From an uncultured Nitrospiraceae bacterium (GTDB lineage: Bacteria; Nitrospirota; Nitrospiria; Nitrospirales; Nitrospiraceae), in the NCBI GenBank assembly GCA_963730935.1, contig CAVSTP010000004.1, positions 960,001 through 1,024,000 of the forward strand: 64,000 nucleotides of DNA, read 5' to 3'. The first letter of the stretch is position 1; every line of letters starts with the position of its first letter. Shown here piece after piece: positions 10,419 through 20,343 of this stretch. A program made the translations under genes and the position numbers. Below the pieces are notes generated by a model, which saw only the letters and a list, made by a program, of their open reading frames with translations, had not been told where the DNA came from and searched no databases.

Positions 10419-11552
10419 TCAACGGATTGCGCTTGGCACAATGGCAGGTCGCGGCGTTTCGGGAGCAGGCGAATGCGGCGATCTGAGAACGAGATATTTG
10501 ATGATCGGCATTTTCCACAGAATAAAGGTAAAGAGCACCCCAGCAAGGTAAACGGCGAAAGGGAAAAGAAATGGCCACAATGGTGCGAGGAAAGGAAATA
10601 GGTTTTCCAGCCTCCACCGAACTCCAGTCAGTGTATATATCATTAGAAGATGGCCAACATACACTCCCAAAGTGAACTTCGCCAAGGCAGGGAGCGGTGT
10701 TGAGCGCCACAAATCGGGTTTCGCGAGGGCCAACAAAAAGACGCCTAACGATAACAGAATGCCTCCCAAGTATTGGTATCGGTGACTATCGGTAGGAGCA
10801 TGCAGGACTTCTTTCAACACGACCCACTCAATAAACGCGATCGCGTAACCGGCCACAATGAAAATGATTGCGGTTCGTATAGCTGGTTGCCGACGTCCTG
10901 CCAACCACGATCCAAGGACCGTGAACAGAGTTGCGATAGACCAATATCCGAAATGAAAGCTGAAGCTATGGAAATGTCTTCCGGCGACTTCCTCGGCGAG
11001 AGCGACCCCATAGAGGCCGACCATGAAAGGGATCATGTATCTCTGCAGCCGGAAGACCACAATCAGGGCGACATTGGCAAGACCGAACATGAGCGCTGGA
11101 AGGAACCATAGATGCCAAACTGGCGCGTTCCCCCCAGCGGTCACCCCCAAGAAAAGTCTGATGTGTTGAGTTTCAAGCAAATTCACGTTCTTCAGTGCTT
11201 CTGATTGAAACGGTTGCCACCAACCGTGATCGCGAACCGCCACGAGCCAGTTCTCCGGTACTACTGTATAGATACATACCCAGGCGACGAGTATCCCGAA
11301 CAGAGACGAGGCATAGCGGCAAAGATGACGGATGGGTTCTCCTTCCGCCTCTACTGATTTCCCGTAGAAATAACCAGCCACGATAAAAAAGTAGGGCAAA
11401 CTCACCCACCAGACCATGTCTATAGTAACGTCGACCGGCCAACGTCCTCCTCCGAGCTGACGCAGCCTTAGCAATAGGTCGGTATGCCAGAGAATTACGC
11501 CCAAGATGGCCAACACTCGAAAACCTTCAATACTCGATATGCGCCTACTCAT
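10419..11552 (-). CDS. Acyltransferase-3 (OafA-like) membrane protein
   Basis: RISSIEGFRVLAILGVILWH, PYFFIVAGYF, WHLWFLPAL; many TM segments. Confidence 0.85.
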   Translation of the reverse strand: MSRRISSIEGFRVLAILGVILWHTDLLLRLRQLGGGRWPVDVTIDMVWWVSLPYFFIVAGYFYGKSVEAEGEPIRHLCRYASSLFGILVAWVCIYTVVPENWLVAVRDHGWWQPFQSEALKNVNLLETQHIRLFLGVTAGGNAPVWHLWFLPALMFGLANVALIVVFRLQRYMIPFMVGLYGVALAEEVAGRHFHSFSFHFGYWSIATLFTVLGSWLAGRRQPAIRTAIIFIVAGYAIAFIEWVVLKEVLHAPTDSHRYQYLGGILLSLGVFLLALAKPDLWRSTPLPALAKFTLGVYVGHLLMIYTLTGVRWRLENLFPFLAPLWPFLFPFAVYLAGVLFTFILWKMPIIKYLVLRSPHSPAPETPRPAIVPSAIR

Positions 11553-11686
11553 AGGTTCGTTCTCGCCGAGGCCGGAAGAAAAAATGTCTTCATGATGAAG
11601 TGGGACATTTTTCCCAATTGTACGATTGCGCATCAGCCAGCCTCAAGTCCTGGACACCCCTACATTGTGGGAATACAGTCCCACGG

Positions 11687-11938
11687 ATGAGTAGCAAGGG
11701 ACTGCGCGCTGCAGTCGGAAAAATGCTACCTCCGCTGGTCCGCATCCTTCTTCGGAATGGGATGGCGGCCAAATCCTTTCATGAATTGGTCAAGCAGGCG
11801 TATGTGAGCGTCGCCCTTGATGAATTTGGAATTGGGGGAAGAGCGGCCACGACGTCGCGCATTGCCATCCTGACCGGTGAGGACCCATACGGCCGGCATA
11901 TAGACTATGGAGACTATCAAGAAGCTGATCAAGGATAG
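11687..11938 (+). pseudogene. N-terminal fragment of a DUF6502-like protein
   Basis: LPPLVRILLRNG..FHELVKQAYVSVA..TSRIAILTG then unrelated sequence; ends next to a tRNA relic. Confidence 0.6.
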
Positions 11939-11951
11939 GGACATTTACGAA

Positions 11952-11993
11952 TGCACCCAGCAGGAATTGAACCTGCGACCTGTGGGTTCGAAG
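11952..11993 (-). repeat. tRNA-Arg(TCG) 3'-half att relic
   Basis: Reverse complement CT-TCG-AA CCCAC AGGTC GCAGG TTCAATT CCTGC TGGGTGC A; GGTGCCAA x2 arm-like repeats at ~12068-12086. Confidence 0.8.
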
Positions 11994-12452
11994 GACACAA
12001 CGCTTTAAAAGGTATTACCCACTATTTCACTAGCTTTCTATCCTTTCAGCGCACTCAGTGTTCCCTTGGTGCCAAGGTGGTGCCAAAACACCCTGATCCA
12101 CCATGAGTCATGATGAGGTTCGCCATCACGAATCCTCACCTTTTACTGATGATTGCTCTTGCTGGGTGTCCCAAGACAGGTTGCAATGAGAATTATCCTG
12201 ACCACTTTCCGCAAGTCTCAATGGTCATGAAGGTTAAATCGATGGCGTTGGAGCAACTCTATCCGGTATTAAGAAAGTCACGACTGCTCATCCAACTATT
12301 AAGGCCACAAACTCCGTCAGGCACCGTAGCCCAGTCAGCCTTCCTGCTTTTCAGGTTCTCACCAGTAATGGTAGTGTGCATTGTCTTATGACTACCGCTG
12401 ATTCCTGTCACTGTACCCTCCAAAGTGTCTCTGGAAGCCACTTCTCAGCCGA

Positions 12453-12554
12453 TTGACACATGCTTCTTGGGCGCATAGGCTTGATGGTGCTCACTTAGAT
12501 GCCGACGGCCTCTGGAGGGCCCGACCGCCGACGTAGAATAGGCGGTTGGCCATG
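12453..12554 (+). promoter_or_regulatory. Sigma70-like promoter plus structured leader motif, copy 1
   Basis: TTGACA-17-TAGGCT, then TGCCGACGGCC..GGCC.GACCGCC..GGCGGT.GGCCATG. Confidence 0.65.
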
Positions 12555-12962
12555 TCTGACGCCACTACTGTTCTGCTTATCGACGACGATCCCCGCTTCC
12601 GTGATTACAACGCACAGCGCCTCCATGCCTCGCCAGTAAATTACGATGTGGTCCATGCGGCAACTGGCCGATCTGGGGTAGACATCTGCGCGAGGCAGCC
12701 AATTGATTGTGTGGTGCTTGAAATCGATCTTCCTGACATCTCCGGGTTCGAGGTGTTAGCACAGTTGGTTCGGCGCCCCTATCGTCCCGAGATCGCCGTC
12801 ATCGTCCTGACAAGGTTTCCCAATCAATTCTTGTTAGAGCTCGCGATAAAGAACGGCGCACAAGCCGCATTTCAAAAGGGGGTGGGAAGCGGAGACCTTC
12901 TCGAACACTCCATCCGCAAGGCCATTTCGACAGTGGTAGTTCGAAACAGACTTGTTAGTTGA
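12552..12962 (+). CDS. Single-domain receiver protein with Glu at the phosphoacceptor position
   Basis: VLLIDDD, IDCVVLEIDLPDISG, VIVLT, AFQK. Confidence 0.9.
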   Translation: MSDATTVLLIDDDPRFRDYNAQRLHASPVNYDVVHAATGRSGVDICARQPIDCVVLEIDLPDISGFEVLAQLVRRPYRPEIAVIVLTRFPNQFLLELAIKNGAQAAFQKGVGSGDLLEHSIRKAISTVVVRNRLVS

Positions 12963-13044
12963 TACGTAGTTGATCGTAATTCCTTTGAATCGTTTACGCA
13001 CACTGTGAAAAAGGCGTTAACTACACGCCTGTCGGAGCGACTAT

Positions 13045-13473
13045 ATGCCCAATGAGGACAGCGAACCGTCGCATTCTAGCCCCATCGAGATCCTCCTCGT
13101 CGATGACCATCCCCACGTTCGAAGACTCTTGCGCGAGATGATCGAGACGTATGACGACCTCAGAATCGTCGGGGAAGCCGTCAATGGCGAGGAAGCGGTG
13201 CTGCTTGCGGCGAAACTCAAGCCTGCCGCGGTGGTCATGGATGTTCACCTGCCCGTATTGAATGGCGTACCAGCCACAACATTGATCAAGATGAACAATC
13301 CGTTTACCGCCATCATTGGGTTGACTGCGGGCGATCCCCACGAAGACGAAAAAGCTATGACCATCGCTGGTGCGGCCGTGGTCATCAATAAGAGCGACGT
13401 GTTGAGCGCGCTGTATCCAGCCATCGTCGATTCACTCAAACGAATTCCTTCTCAGACGGCGAAAGATAGATGA
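13045..13473 (+). CDS. Single-domain response regulator (NarL-like receiver, no HTH)
   Basis: ILLVDDH, VVMDVHLPVLNG, IIGLT, INK. Confidence 0.9.
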   Translation: MPNEDSEPSHSSPIEILLVDDHPHVRRLLREMIETYDDLRIVGEAVNGEEAVLLAAKLKPAAVVMDVHLPVLNGVPATTLIKMNNPFTAIIGLTAGDPHEDEKAMTIAGAAVVINKSDVLSALYPAIVDSLKRIPSQTAKDR

Positions 13474-13827
13474 CAACTGCCGATTCCTGCCACTGTACAG
13501 GTTGCGCAAAGTGTCAACGACAGGAAAACCACTGTCGGCGCTCAGTCGTATTCGACATTGACCATCTGTGCGAAGAGAAGAACCTCAGTGCCGTTCACCG
13601 TCTACATCCAACCCAGGAAAACGCTTCATAACCTCGATGGCACCCAGTCCCTCAACGCCGTGACGAAAATATCGGGGGCGGCACGAGAAATTCCAGACGG
13701 CCTTCGTGCGGATTGGATGTGACCGATGAACCATGACCATTTGAAACAGTCGGCATGAACACGTGAGAAGAACTATGAAACTCCTACTCCCACGCGTGTA
13801 ACGTTCAGAGAGTGGATTCTGGGCAGA

Positions 13828-14238
13828 TCAGGCTGTTTGCTTACGGTCCACAGGAATGGCAGCGATAGCGCTAAGCACAACTTGCTCAAGGTCGTCACCA
13901 GACGCGAAATTCTTTCGCAAAGCGGCGAAGGCTCCACTGACTCTCGCAACCTCTAGTAATGTTTCTTGCTCGAAGGATGTCAGAACCACAACGGGTATTT
14001 GAGGTTGCCGTGCGTTCGGGACGAGTTCGATCAAGACCTCTAACCCGAACATATCAGGCAACGACAGTTCGAGGATCACGCAATCAATGGATTGAGACAC
14101 ACATATGTCAAGAGCGGCCTGACCAGTCGTGGCTTCGAGAATCTCATAGCCGGGAAAGCCAAAGCGCAGGCGGGAGGCATAGTACTGACGATCTGCGGCG
14201 TGACTGTCGATGAGAAGAATCGACTTGGTATCCGTCAT
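13828..14238 (-). CDS. Single-domain receiver protein with Glu at the phosphoacceptor position
   Basis: ILLIDSH, IDCVILELSLPDMFG, VVVLT, LRK; GGAGG RBS. Confidence 0.85.
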   Translation of the reverse strand: MTDTKSILLIDSHAADRQYYASRLRFGFPGYEILEATTGQAALDICVSQSIDCVILELSLPDMFGLEVLIELVPNARQPQIPVVVLTSFEQETLLEVARVSGAFAALRKNFASGDDLEQVVLSAIAAIPVDRKQTA

Positions 14239-14671
14239 GAGAGCAAGCCTCCATGATGGATGGCTATATCGTAGGAGAGCCATTAAGGGTGGTCAATATG
14301 GTTATAATCATTAGTTGAAGTAATTTAGCCATAAAGAGGGGTCTGGCCGCATGGCAATGGAAGACCGCGTAACGCTGTGGAGGATTGCTGATTGAAACGA
14401 AAGGCTATGCGAAGAATGCGTGGTTTGGCTGTGGCGCTGGGGCGCAAGGGCGTCTGTCGTCTTCCTGAAACGGAAGCGGCAACAGCCGGTTTGTGTTCTC
14501 TGCTGCGCGAATCGGCTTTCTCTCTGACAGCCTCGCGATAGGGTCCATAAGGCTCTAGGAATTGTGTGGTTTGCGCTCGTCATGTAGGCACCTTCGTACA
14601 GACGACAAGCCCATCGCGAAGCCTTTTTACTTCAATTCCGATTCAGCTTCGATATATGGTTGAGTAAGTTT

Positions 14672-15064
14672 ATGGCCAATACCACTAGCGACGACATTCG
14701 GGTGTTGCTTGTAGATGACCACACCACCATACTGCAAACCTTGCGTAGCGCATTGCGACCTTATCCCAACATCAAAGTAGTTGGGCAAGCGACTGATGGT
14801 GAAGAGGCGCTTGCTTGCGTAGAACATCTTTCCCCGCAAGTCGTGGTGATGGACATAAACATGGGAAGAATGGACGGAGTGACCGCGACGAGACTCATCA
14901 AGGCACACTACCCGCAGATAGCCGTGATCGGTCTGACCATTGAGCAAAAAGACTTTCAACTCCACGCAATGCGCACAGCTGGAGCGCGAGAGATAATAAC
15001 GAAGGAAAAACTAGCGGCAGAGTTGCCCGGAGCGATACAGCGAGCGGTGGATAGACCGGCCTGA
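14672..15064 (+). CDS. Single-domain response regulator (NarL-like receiver)
   Basis: VLLVDDH, VVVMDINMGRMDG, VIGLT, ITK. Confidence 0.9.
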   Translation: MANTTSDDIRVLLVDDHTTILQTLRSALRPYPNIKVVGQATDGEEALACVEHLSPQVVVMDINMGRMDGVTATRLIKAHYPQIAVIGLTIEQKDFQLHAMRTAGAREIITKEKLAAELPGAIQRAVDRPA

Positions 15065-15214
15065 GAAGAACCGAACGGTCAGAGACCAGCACGAATCCAA
15101 GGGTTGCGACTGAAGATTACCTCTAGGTTGAGTATAGGTAGTCCAAAAACCTACGGCTACAAGGCCCTAGTCCATATCTAATTCTGATGTACCTCGCGCT
15201 GCATACGACTACCT

Positions 15215-15502
15215 ATGCGCGAAGAACAAAAGTGCGTTCAGCAAAATCTGAAGGTCATACGAGAGTATTTGCTGAAGGCATTCCCAGGATTCAACTTGAT
15301 CGAGGACACACCCGAACCAAGCGTCTGCCATCGATTCACGTTGACGAATGCGAAGACTTTTGAGCAGTTCAAATTGAAGGTAGGATGGGTTCGTCTTTCT
15401 GACCTATCCAGTGAAGGCGAGATGATGCAACGATTATTGGTGAACTGCGACCTGGCTGGCAAGATGTGAGATGAGAAGAACGGGCAGTACTACTATTGGT
15501 GA
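15215..15502 (+). pseudogene. MREEQK family copy 2 with premature stop at 15467
   Basis: TGA replaces the Arg codon of the other copies; downstream DEKNGQYYYW* still in frame. Confidence 0.75.
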
Positions 15503-15625
15503 GCGACTAGGGCTCTCCGCTCCTCCTTAGACTGTCTGAGGAGTCTGCGGAGGGGAACTGAATCTGAACCCGCCAATAGAGAGTCGGCAAAAGAGCCGAA
15601 GGCTTAAAGATCTGTTCTGGTCAGT

Positions 15626-16036
15626 CTACTGGGTTCTAGGCACTCCACCTCCCAATCTGTTGGGACAAGCTCGTTGAATCGTAGAATAAAGACTATCGAC
15701 TTGGTCTTTTGATACGACTGCTAAGGCACCGGCCTTCATGAACGCGTCCGTAATTGACGTATCCAGTGCCACACAAAGTCCAATAATTGATATTTCTTGC
15801 CAGTGCTCCTTCATGAGGCGGGCAGCCTCCACGCCGTTCATCCTCGGCATATAGAAGTCCATCACAACAACATGAGGCTGATAGAGTGGGACGAGCTCTA
15901 TTGCCTGCTTGCCATCGCACGCTTCTCCTACAATATGAAGGTCATCATAACCAGTGAGCATACGGCGTAGAGTGATACGGATCGGCACGTGATCATCAAC
16001 AAGCAGCACGCGACATTTATGCATGACGCTAGCCAT
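15626..16036 (-). CDS. Single-domain response regulator (NarL-like receiver)
   Basis: VLLVDDH, VVVMDFYMPRMNG, VSK. Confidence 0.9.
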   Translation of the reverse strand: MASVMHKCRVLLVDDHVPIRITLRRMLTGYDDLHIVGEACDGKQAIELVPLYQPHVVVMDFYMPRMNGVEAARLMKEHWQEISIIGLCVALDTSITDAFMKAGALAVVSKDQVDSLYSTIQRACPNRLGGGVPRTQ

Positions 16037-16356
16037 TTACTCATCTGTAATACAGCAAGCATATGTCACATCCCATTAGTAACATTCCCAGATCAGGACT
16101 AGGATAGAGCCTAGAAAGCCTGCCTACCCCATACTAGCGACCGTTTCGGATTGCCCATCTTTCGGCTGTTGCGCCAGTAACACCACAACCGGTGCAGCGT
16201 CCCGCAACTTGCTTTTTTCCGAGCCATAAGCGCCCTCCAATTTCACGTATTCGCGCTCAGCCAGGAACTATTTTGAAGCTGCCGTGTATGCCGCTTTACC
16301 TGACTGGCCTAAACGAAGACCGCTAGCCCCAATTCTCGGAGAATTGAGACCAGAGT

Positions 16357-16566
16357 TTACGCGGTGATTTGAGTGCTGCTGGTTTCGATTAGGAGGGGCA
16401 TTGGGTGTTGGTTGGAGGCCGTTCGCGAAAGGAATTTTCGGGTAACCTCATTCAGGTAATATTCAAGTAAGGTGCGCTCGTCCGCAGTCAACACTAACTC
16501 TGTCGAAAGTAAGCGCTCGCATCCGTTAGTCCAGTCGCATACTTCCTCACCTATATGATATTTCAC
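16357..16566 (-). CDS. 69-aa hypothetical protein, CERLLS family copy 2 (GTG start)
   Basis: Near-identical to 9120-9329. Confidence 0.65.
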   Translation of the reverse strand: MKYHIGEEVCDWTNGCERLLSTELVLTADERTLLEYYLNEVTRKFLSRTASNQHPMPLLIETSSTQITA

Positions 16567-16582
16567 AATTCACCCCTCCAGC

Positions 16583-16655
16583 CTACGTTGTAGAAAGTCG
16601 TCCTGTTAGCAGCAATATCACCAGAACAAGCAGAACCAAGCCGAGTCCGCCGCTC
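16583..16655 (-). pseudogene. 3' fragment of a second DUF3309 gene
   Basis: Matches 9431-9503; 5' half absent. Confidence 0.7.
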
Positions 16656-16668
16656 ACCTGCTGACCTA

Positions 16669-17220
16669 TCAGGCTGCTCGACGAGACTGCCGATGGACCT
16701 GCCTTCTTCCTGATCCTGCTTTTACCTTTCCTCCCCCTACCTTCATGGACTGCTGTTTACCATTGGCGTGCTTTGCCATGAGGGCTTCTTTCCGTTCGAT
16801 CACTTTCTCTTCCAATCCCTCCCAGTCCACATCAGCTTTTTCGGCCTCGGAGAACATGCTGCCTTCTTCTTCCTTGATGTGATGCTTGATATTTTCTCCC
16901 AATACCGTAAACTTCGCCTCGTAACGATCATCCCCCGTGGACATGCGTTTCAGTTCATCAATCAGCACATGAGCCACGTGATGTTCTTCCAGGGCCTCGT
17001 CCATCACATCATCTGCATCAACCTCTCTTTTGATTGCCGGATAGATGAGCGTTTCTTCTAACGTTGCATGCACGTCCAGTTCGAGTAAGGTTTCTCGTAC
17101 AATCCGCTCTTTTGTGCGAGAGTCTTTCGCTGCTTCAAATTGTTCAAACAACTCCTTGACCTTCGCGTGGTCTTTTTTCAGCATTGCGAATACTGGATTA
17201 GACGGCCCAAATATACTCAT
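16669..17220 (-). CDS. Hemerythrin-like (HHE cation-binding) protein
   Basis: LKKDHAKV, HATLEETLIYP, EEHH, HHIKEEE; AGGAGG RBS. Confidence 0.9.
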   Translation of the reverse strand: MSIFGPSNPVFAMLKKDHAKVKELFEQFEAAKDSRTKERIVRETLLELDVHATLEETLIYPAIKREVDADDVMDEALEEHHVAHVLIDELKRMSTGDDRYEAKFTVLGENIKHHIKEEEGSMFSEAEKADVDWEGLEEKVIERKEALMAKHANGKQQSMKVGGGKVKAGSGRRQVHRQSRRAA

Positions 17221-17495
17221 GCTTCCTCCTATTCGGACGCTAGTGATGACAACGCTTCATTACGACACACTCGGCTATCCGGTCATAGCTAGACGAAGTC
17301 CTAGTCGTAGGGTGGACTAGAGGTGGGTGGTAGCGGTTGCCCTATCGATGGGCGTTCCTCATAGATCGCCTAGCAGGTTCGACTGATGACGCGTCAAGGC
17401 CCAAATAATTTGCCTGTCACTTTTTACAGTATGCATATCGTCAATTAGGTGGTAGGGATGCATGCGCTGACATCCGACCTGTCACGGAGGTAACG

Positions 17496-19079
17496 ATGGA
17501 ATGGAAAATAAGGTGGGTCGCGGGTTTTGCAATGATCGCAGGCGTCCTCTGCCTACTTCTTCTTCCTCCGGCCCAAGCAGCGGACAGCAAGCCACATATC
17601 GTCATCATCTGGGGCGATGATATCGGGCAAAGCAACATTAGCTCTTATACGAAGGGCATGATGGGATATCGGACGCCCAACATCGATCGGGTCGCCAATG
17701 AGGGTGTTCTCTTCACTGACTACTACGCGGAACAGAGCTGCACCGCAGGCCGCGCGGCTTTCATCACGGGGCAGAGCGTCTTCCGTACCGGCTTGAGCAA
17801 AGTTGGGCTGCCGGGGGCCGATCTCGGCATGAGGAAGGAAGATCCGACCATCGCCGGGCTGCTGAAGGCGCAGGGCTACGCTACCGGTCAGTTCGGTAAG
17901 AATCACCTGGGTGACAAGGACGAGATGCTGCCGACGAACCACGGCTTCGACGAGTTCTACGGCAACCTCTATCACCTGAATGCCGAAGAGGAACCGGAGC
18001 TGCCGGATTATCCGAAGGAGTCCGACTTCCCCAACTTTCGGAAAAGATTCGGTCCGCGCGGCGTAATCCACAGTTTTGCCATGCCGGACGGGACCCAGAA
18101 GATTGAGGACACCGGCCCGCTGACCAAGAAGCGCATGGAAACGATCGACGACGACATCGCCACGCGCGCGGTGGAGTTCATAGAGAAGCAGGCCAAGGCC
18201 GGCAAGCCGATGTTCGTCTGGGTCAATTTCACGCACATGCACTTACGCACCCATCCCAAACCGCAGAGCGTGGGTCAAGCCGGACGGTGGCAGAGCCCCT
18301 ACCATGACACGATGATCGACCACGACAAGAACGTCGGTACTGTGCTCAACAAGCTCGACGAGCTCGGCATCGCTGACAACACGATCGTGATGTACAGCAC
18401 CGACAACGGTCCGCACATGAACACCTGGCCGGACGGCGGTATGACACCGTTCCGCAGTGAGAAGAACTCCAACTGGGAAGGCGCGTTCCGTGTGCCCGCG
18501 ATGGTGCGCTGGCCCGGTCACATCAAGCCCGGCACCGTGTCCAACGACATCATGTCACACCTCGACTGGATGCCGACTCTGCTCGCGGCAGCCGGAGCAC
18601 CCGACATCAAGGAGAAGTTACTGAAAGGCCATCAAGTCGGAAAGATGACGTACAAGGTACATCTCGACGGGTTCAACCAGTTACCCTACCTCACGGGGCA
18701 GGACAAGAAGAGTGCACGTGAGTCCTATTTCTACTTTTCCGACGATGGCGATCTCTTGGGGTTGCGATACGACAATTGGAAGCTTGTCTTTGCCCAGCAG
18801 CGAGATCCTGGGACACTGGGGCTCTGGGGCGAGCCGTTCGTGAAGACGCGGATTCCGTGGCTCTATAACCTGCGCACGGATCCCTATGAGAGGGCCACTA
18901 TTACTTCCAATACCTACTGGGACTGGTACATAGATCACGTCTACCTGTTGGTATCGGCGCAGAACTATGTCGGCCAATTCCTAATGACATTCAAAGAATA
19001 CCCGCCACGCCAGAAGGCGGCGAGTTTCACCATCGACCAGGTAATGGAGACACTCGAGAAGAACACTGGCAGCAAGTAA
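17496..19079 (+). CDS. Arylsulfatase (Cys-type, exported)
   Basis: WGDDIG, SCTAGRA signature, GKNHLG, STDNG; signal peptide; GGAGG RBS. Confidence 0.95.
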   Translation: MEWKIRWVAGFAMIAGVLCLLLLPPAQAADSKPHIVIIWGDDIGQSNISSYTKGMMGYRTPNIDRVANEGVLFTDYYAEQSCTAGRAAFITGQSVFRTGLSKVGLPGADLGMRKEDPTIAGLLKAQGYATGQFGKNHLGDKDEMLPTNHGFDEFYGNLYHLNAEEEPELPDYPKESDFPNFRKRFGPRGVIHSFAMPDGTQKIEDTGPLTKKRMETIDDDIATRAVEFIEKQAKAGKPMFVWVNFTHMHLRTHPKPQSVGQAGRWQSPYHDTMIDHDKNVGTVLNKLDELGIADNTIVMYSTDNGPHMNTWPDGGMTPFRSEKNSNWEGAFRVPAMVRWPGHIKPGTVSNDIMSHLDWMPTLLAAAGAPDIKEKLLKGHQVGKMTYKVHLDGFNQLPYLTGQDKKSARESYFYFSDDGDLLGLRYDNWKLVFAQQRDPGTLGLWGEPFVKTRIPWLYNLRTDPYERATITSNTYWDWYIDHVYLLVSAQNYVGQFLMTFKEYPPRQKAASFTIDQVMETLEKNTGSK

Positions 19080-19259
19080 CGTATGCTGGTGTTAACCGGT
19101 TTTTGACCCCCAACCCTTTTCCGTGTGGTTGTGGCTAAACTGTGGCAGAACTATCGTGCTCGATCATGTTCTGTCGGGTATCCGTGCATCTGCTATAACT
19201 GATTGAGAAGATGGCGATGGAGGCCGATCCGCACCTATAGTCTCTCTGCCTGAAGCGTT

Positions 19260-19283
19260 TTCAAATCTCGCCCCCTCCGCCAT
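19260..19283 (+). repeat. attR: duplicated 3' end of tRNA-Ser(TGA)
   Basis: Identical to 7993-8016. Confidence 0.9.
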
Positions 19284-19350
19284 CTTTTCTTGCATCCTTT
19301 GGGTGTATACGGCAGGACTGGTACTGTTCTGTGGTGAAAGGCGATCCTAA

Positions 19351-19774
19351 ATGACCCCTTCGACCCCTCCTGATGCCGCTTCGCTCCATACGACTGTACT
19401 TTTCATCGATGACGATCCAGCGGCCCTGGAGTTCTGGTGACAGGGCCTCAGTCAATGTTCCCTGCCTATTCAACGCAAACGGCCACAGACATTCAAGCTG
19501 GTCTCGTCCTCTACCGCTCGCAAAAAGTGGACTGTGTTGTCTTGGACTTTGACATGCCAGAAGGATCAGGCTTCGAAGTCATGATATCATTCATCCCCTG
19601 ATCGCCGGCGTCCTTCGATTGCTGTGGTTGATTCTTACTCGGCTGCCTTATAAAAACCTGCACGAGATGGCGATGCATGGTGCTCGCGACTGTTTAGTCA
19701 AACAGCATACCTCAGTGAATGAGTTGGATACGTCCATCCAAAAGGCAATCGCTTCTATAGCGGCCGCACGATAG
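19351..19774 (+). pseudogene. Receiver-domain pseudogene, paralog of 42556
   Basis: TVLFIDDDPAALEFW*, QKVDCVVLDFDMPEGSGFEV, LVKQHTS..LDTSIQKAIA with stops and frameshifts. Confidence 0.8.
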
Positions 19775-19920
19775 CATTCCCCGGCCGTGAACCGGCCTTC
19801 GTTGGCCAGTCCGCCCGATCTCGCACAATTCACGACAATGCTTAGGAGAATCCTGCTGTCACCCCAGCGCTATCCGCCTTATAGCCAGGTGACAGCTTAG
19901 AAATGCAGGGACAGTCGGCA

Positions 19921-20079
19921 TCAGGATTTGAGCAAGAGAGGCGTCACTTTGGCGAGAAGTTCTTTGCAGTAAAACTCGATCATCCTTGCTTCCTCATCGG
20001 TCAGCTGCCTGTTCATCATCAAAGAGATGAGCCGCTCACACGCACCTAAGTAGTTCCTTACTTCACCAGCCATGTGCAT
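19921..20079 (-). CDS. 52-aa hypothetical protein, divergent CERLLS-family paralog (not in ORF track)
   Basis: MHMAGEVRNYLGACERLISLMMNRQLTDEEARMIEFYCKELLAKV aligns with the 9120 ORF. Confidence 0.65.
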   Translation of the reverse strand: MHMAGEVRNYLGACERLISLMMNRQLTDEEARMIEFYCKELLAKVTPLLLKS

Positions 20080-20343
20080 ACGACACACTATGTGGCTCGA
20101 CCGGAACTGTCAATCGGCATTGGCTTACAGATCTGTACGATTTTGAGGAGACACTTTTCTCTCATCCTGTGTCATAGCACGGTGGCTGCCACTGGGACAG
20201 GTTCATCGCCTCTCAGACCTGGCTTCTTTAACACGCGCCAGTGGGCAAAGCCGGGGCGAACCCCAGTGGTGGGAGTCATGAATTCCTATATATGCTCCGA
20301 GATTGATGTTCAGAACGATCTAGACAGAAAGGCCCCGCTGACT

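Larger units (their letters stand above)
8016..19283. mobile_element. Genomic island integrated at the tRNA-Ser(TGA) 3' end
   Basis: 24-bp direct repeat TTCAAATCTCGCCCCCTCCGCCAT at 7993-8016 and 19260-19283; arm-like TGTGGC repeats at ~19131-19146. Confidence 0.85.

Noticed and set aside
15467..15469. Programmed readthrough or selenocysteine at the TGA in MREEQK copy 2
   Set aside because: Other copies have Arg (CGG) here, not Cys, and no SECIS-like hairpin is evident; a nonsense mutation is more likely
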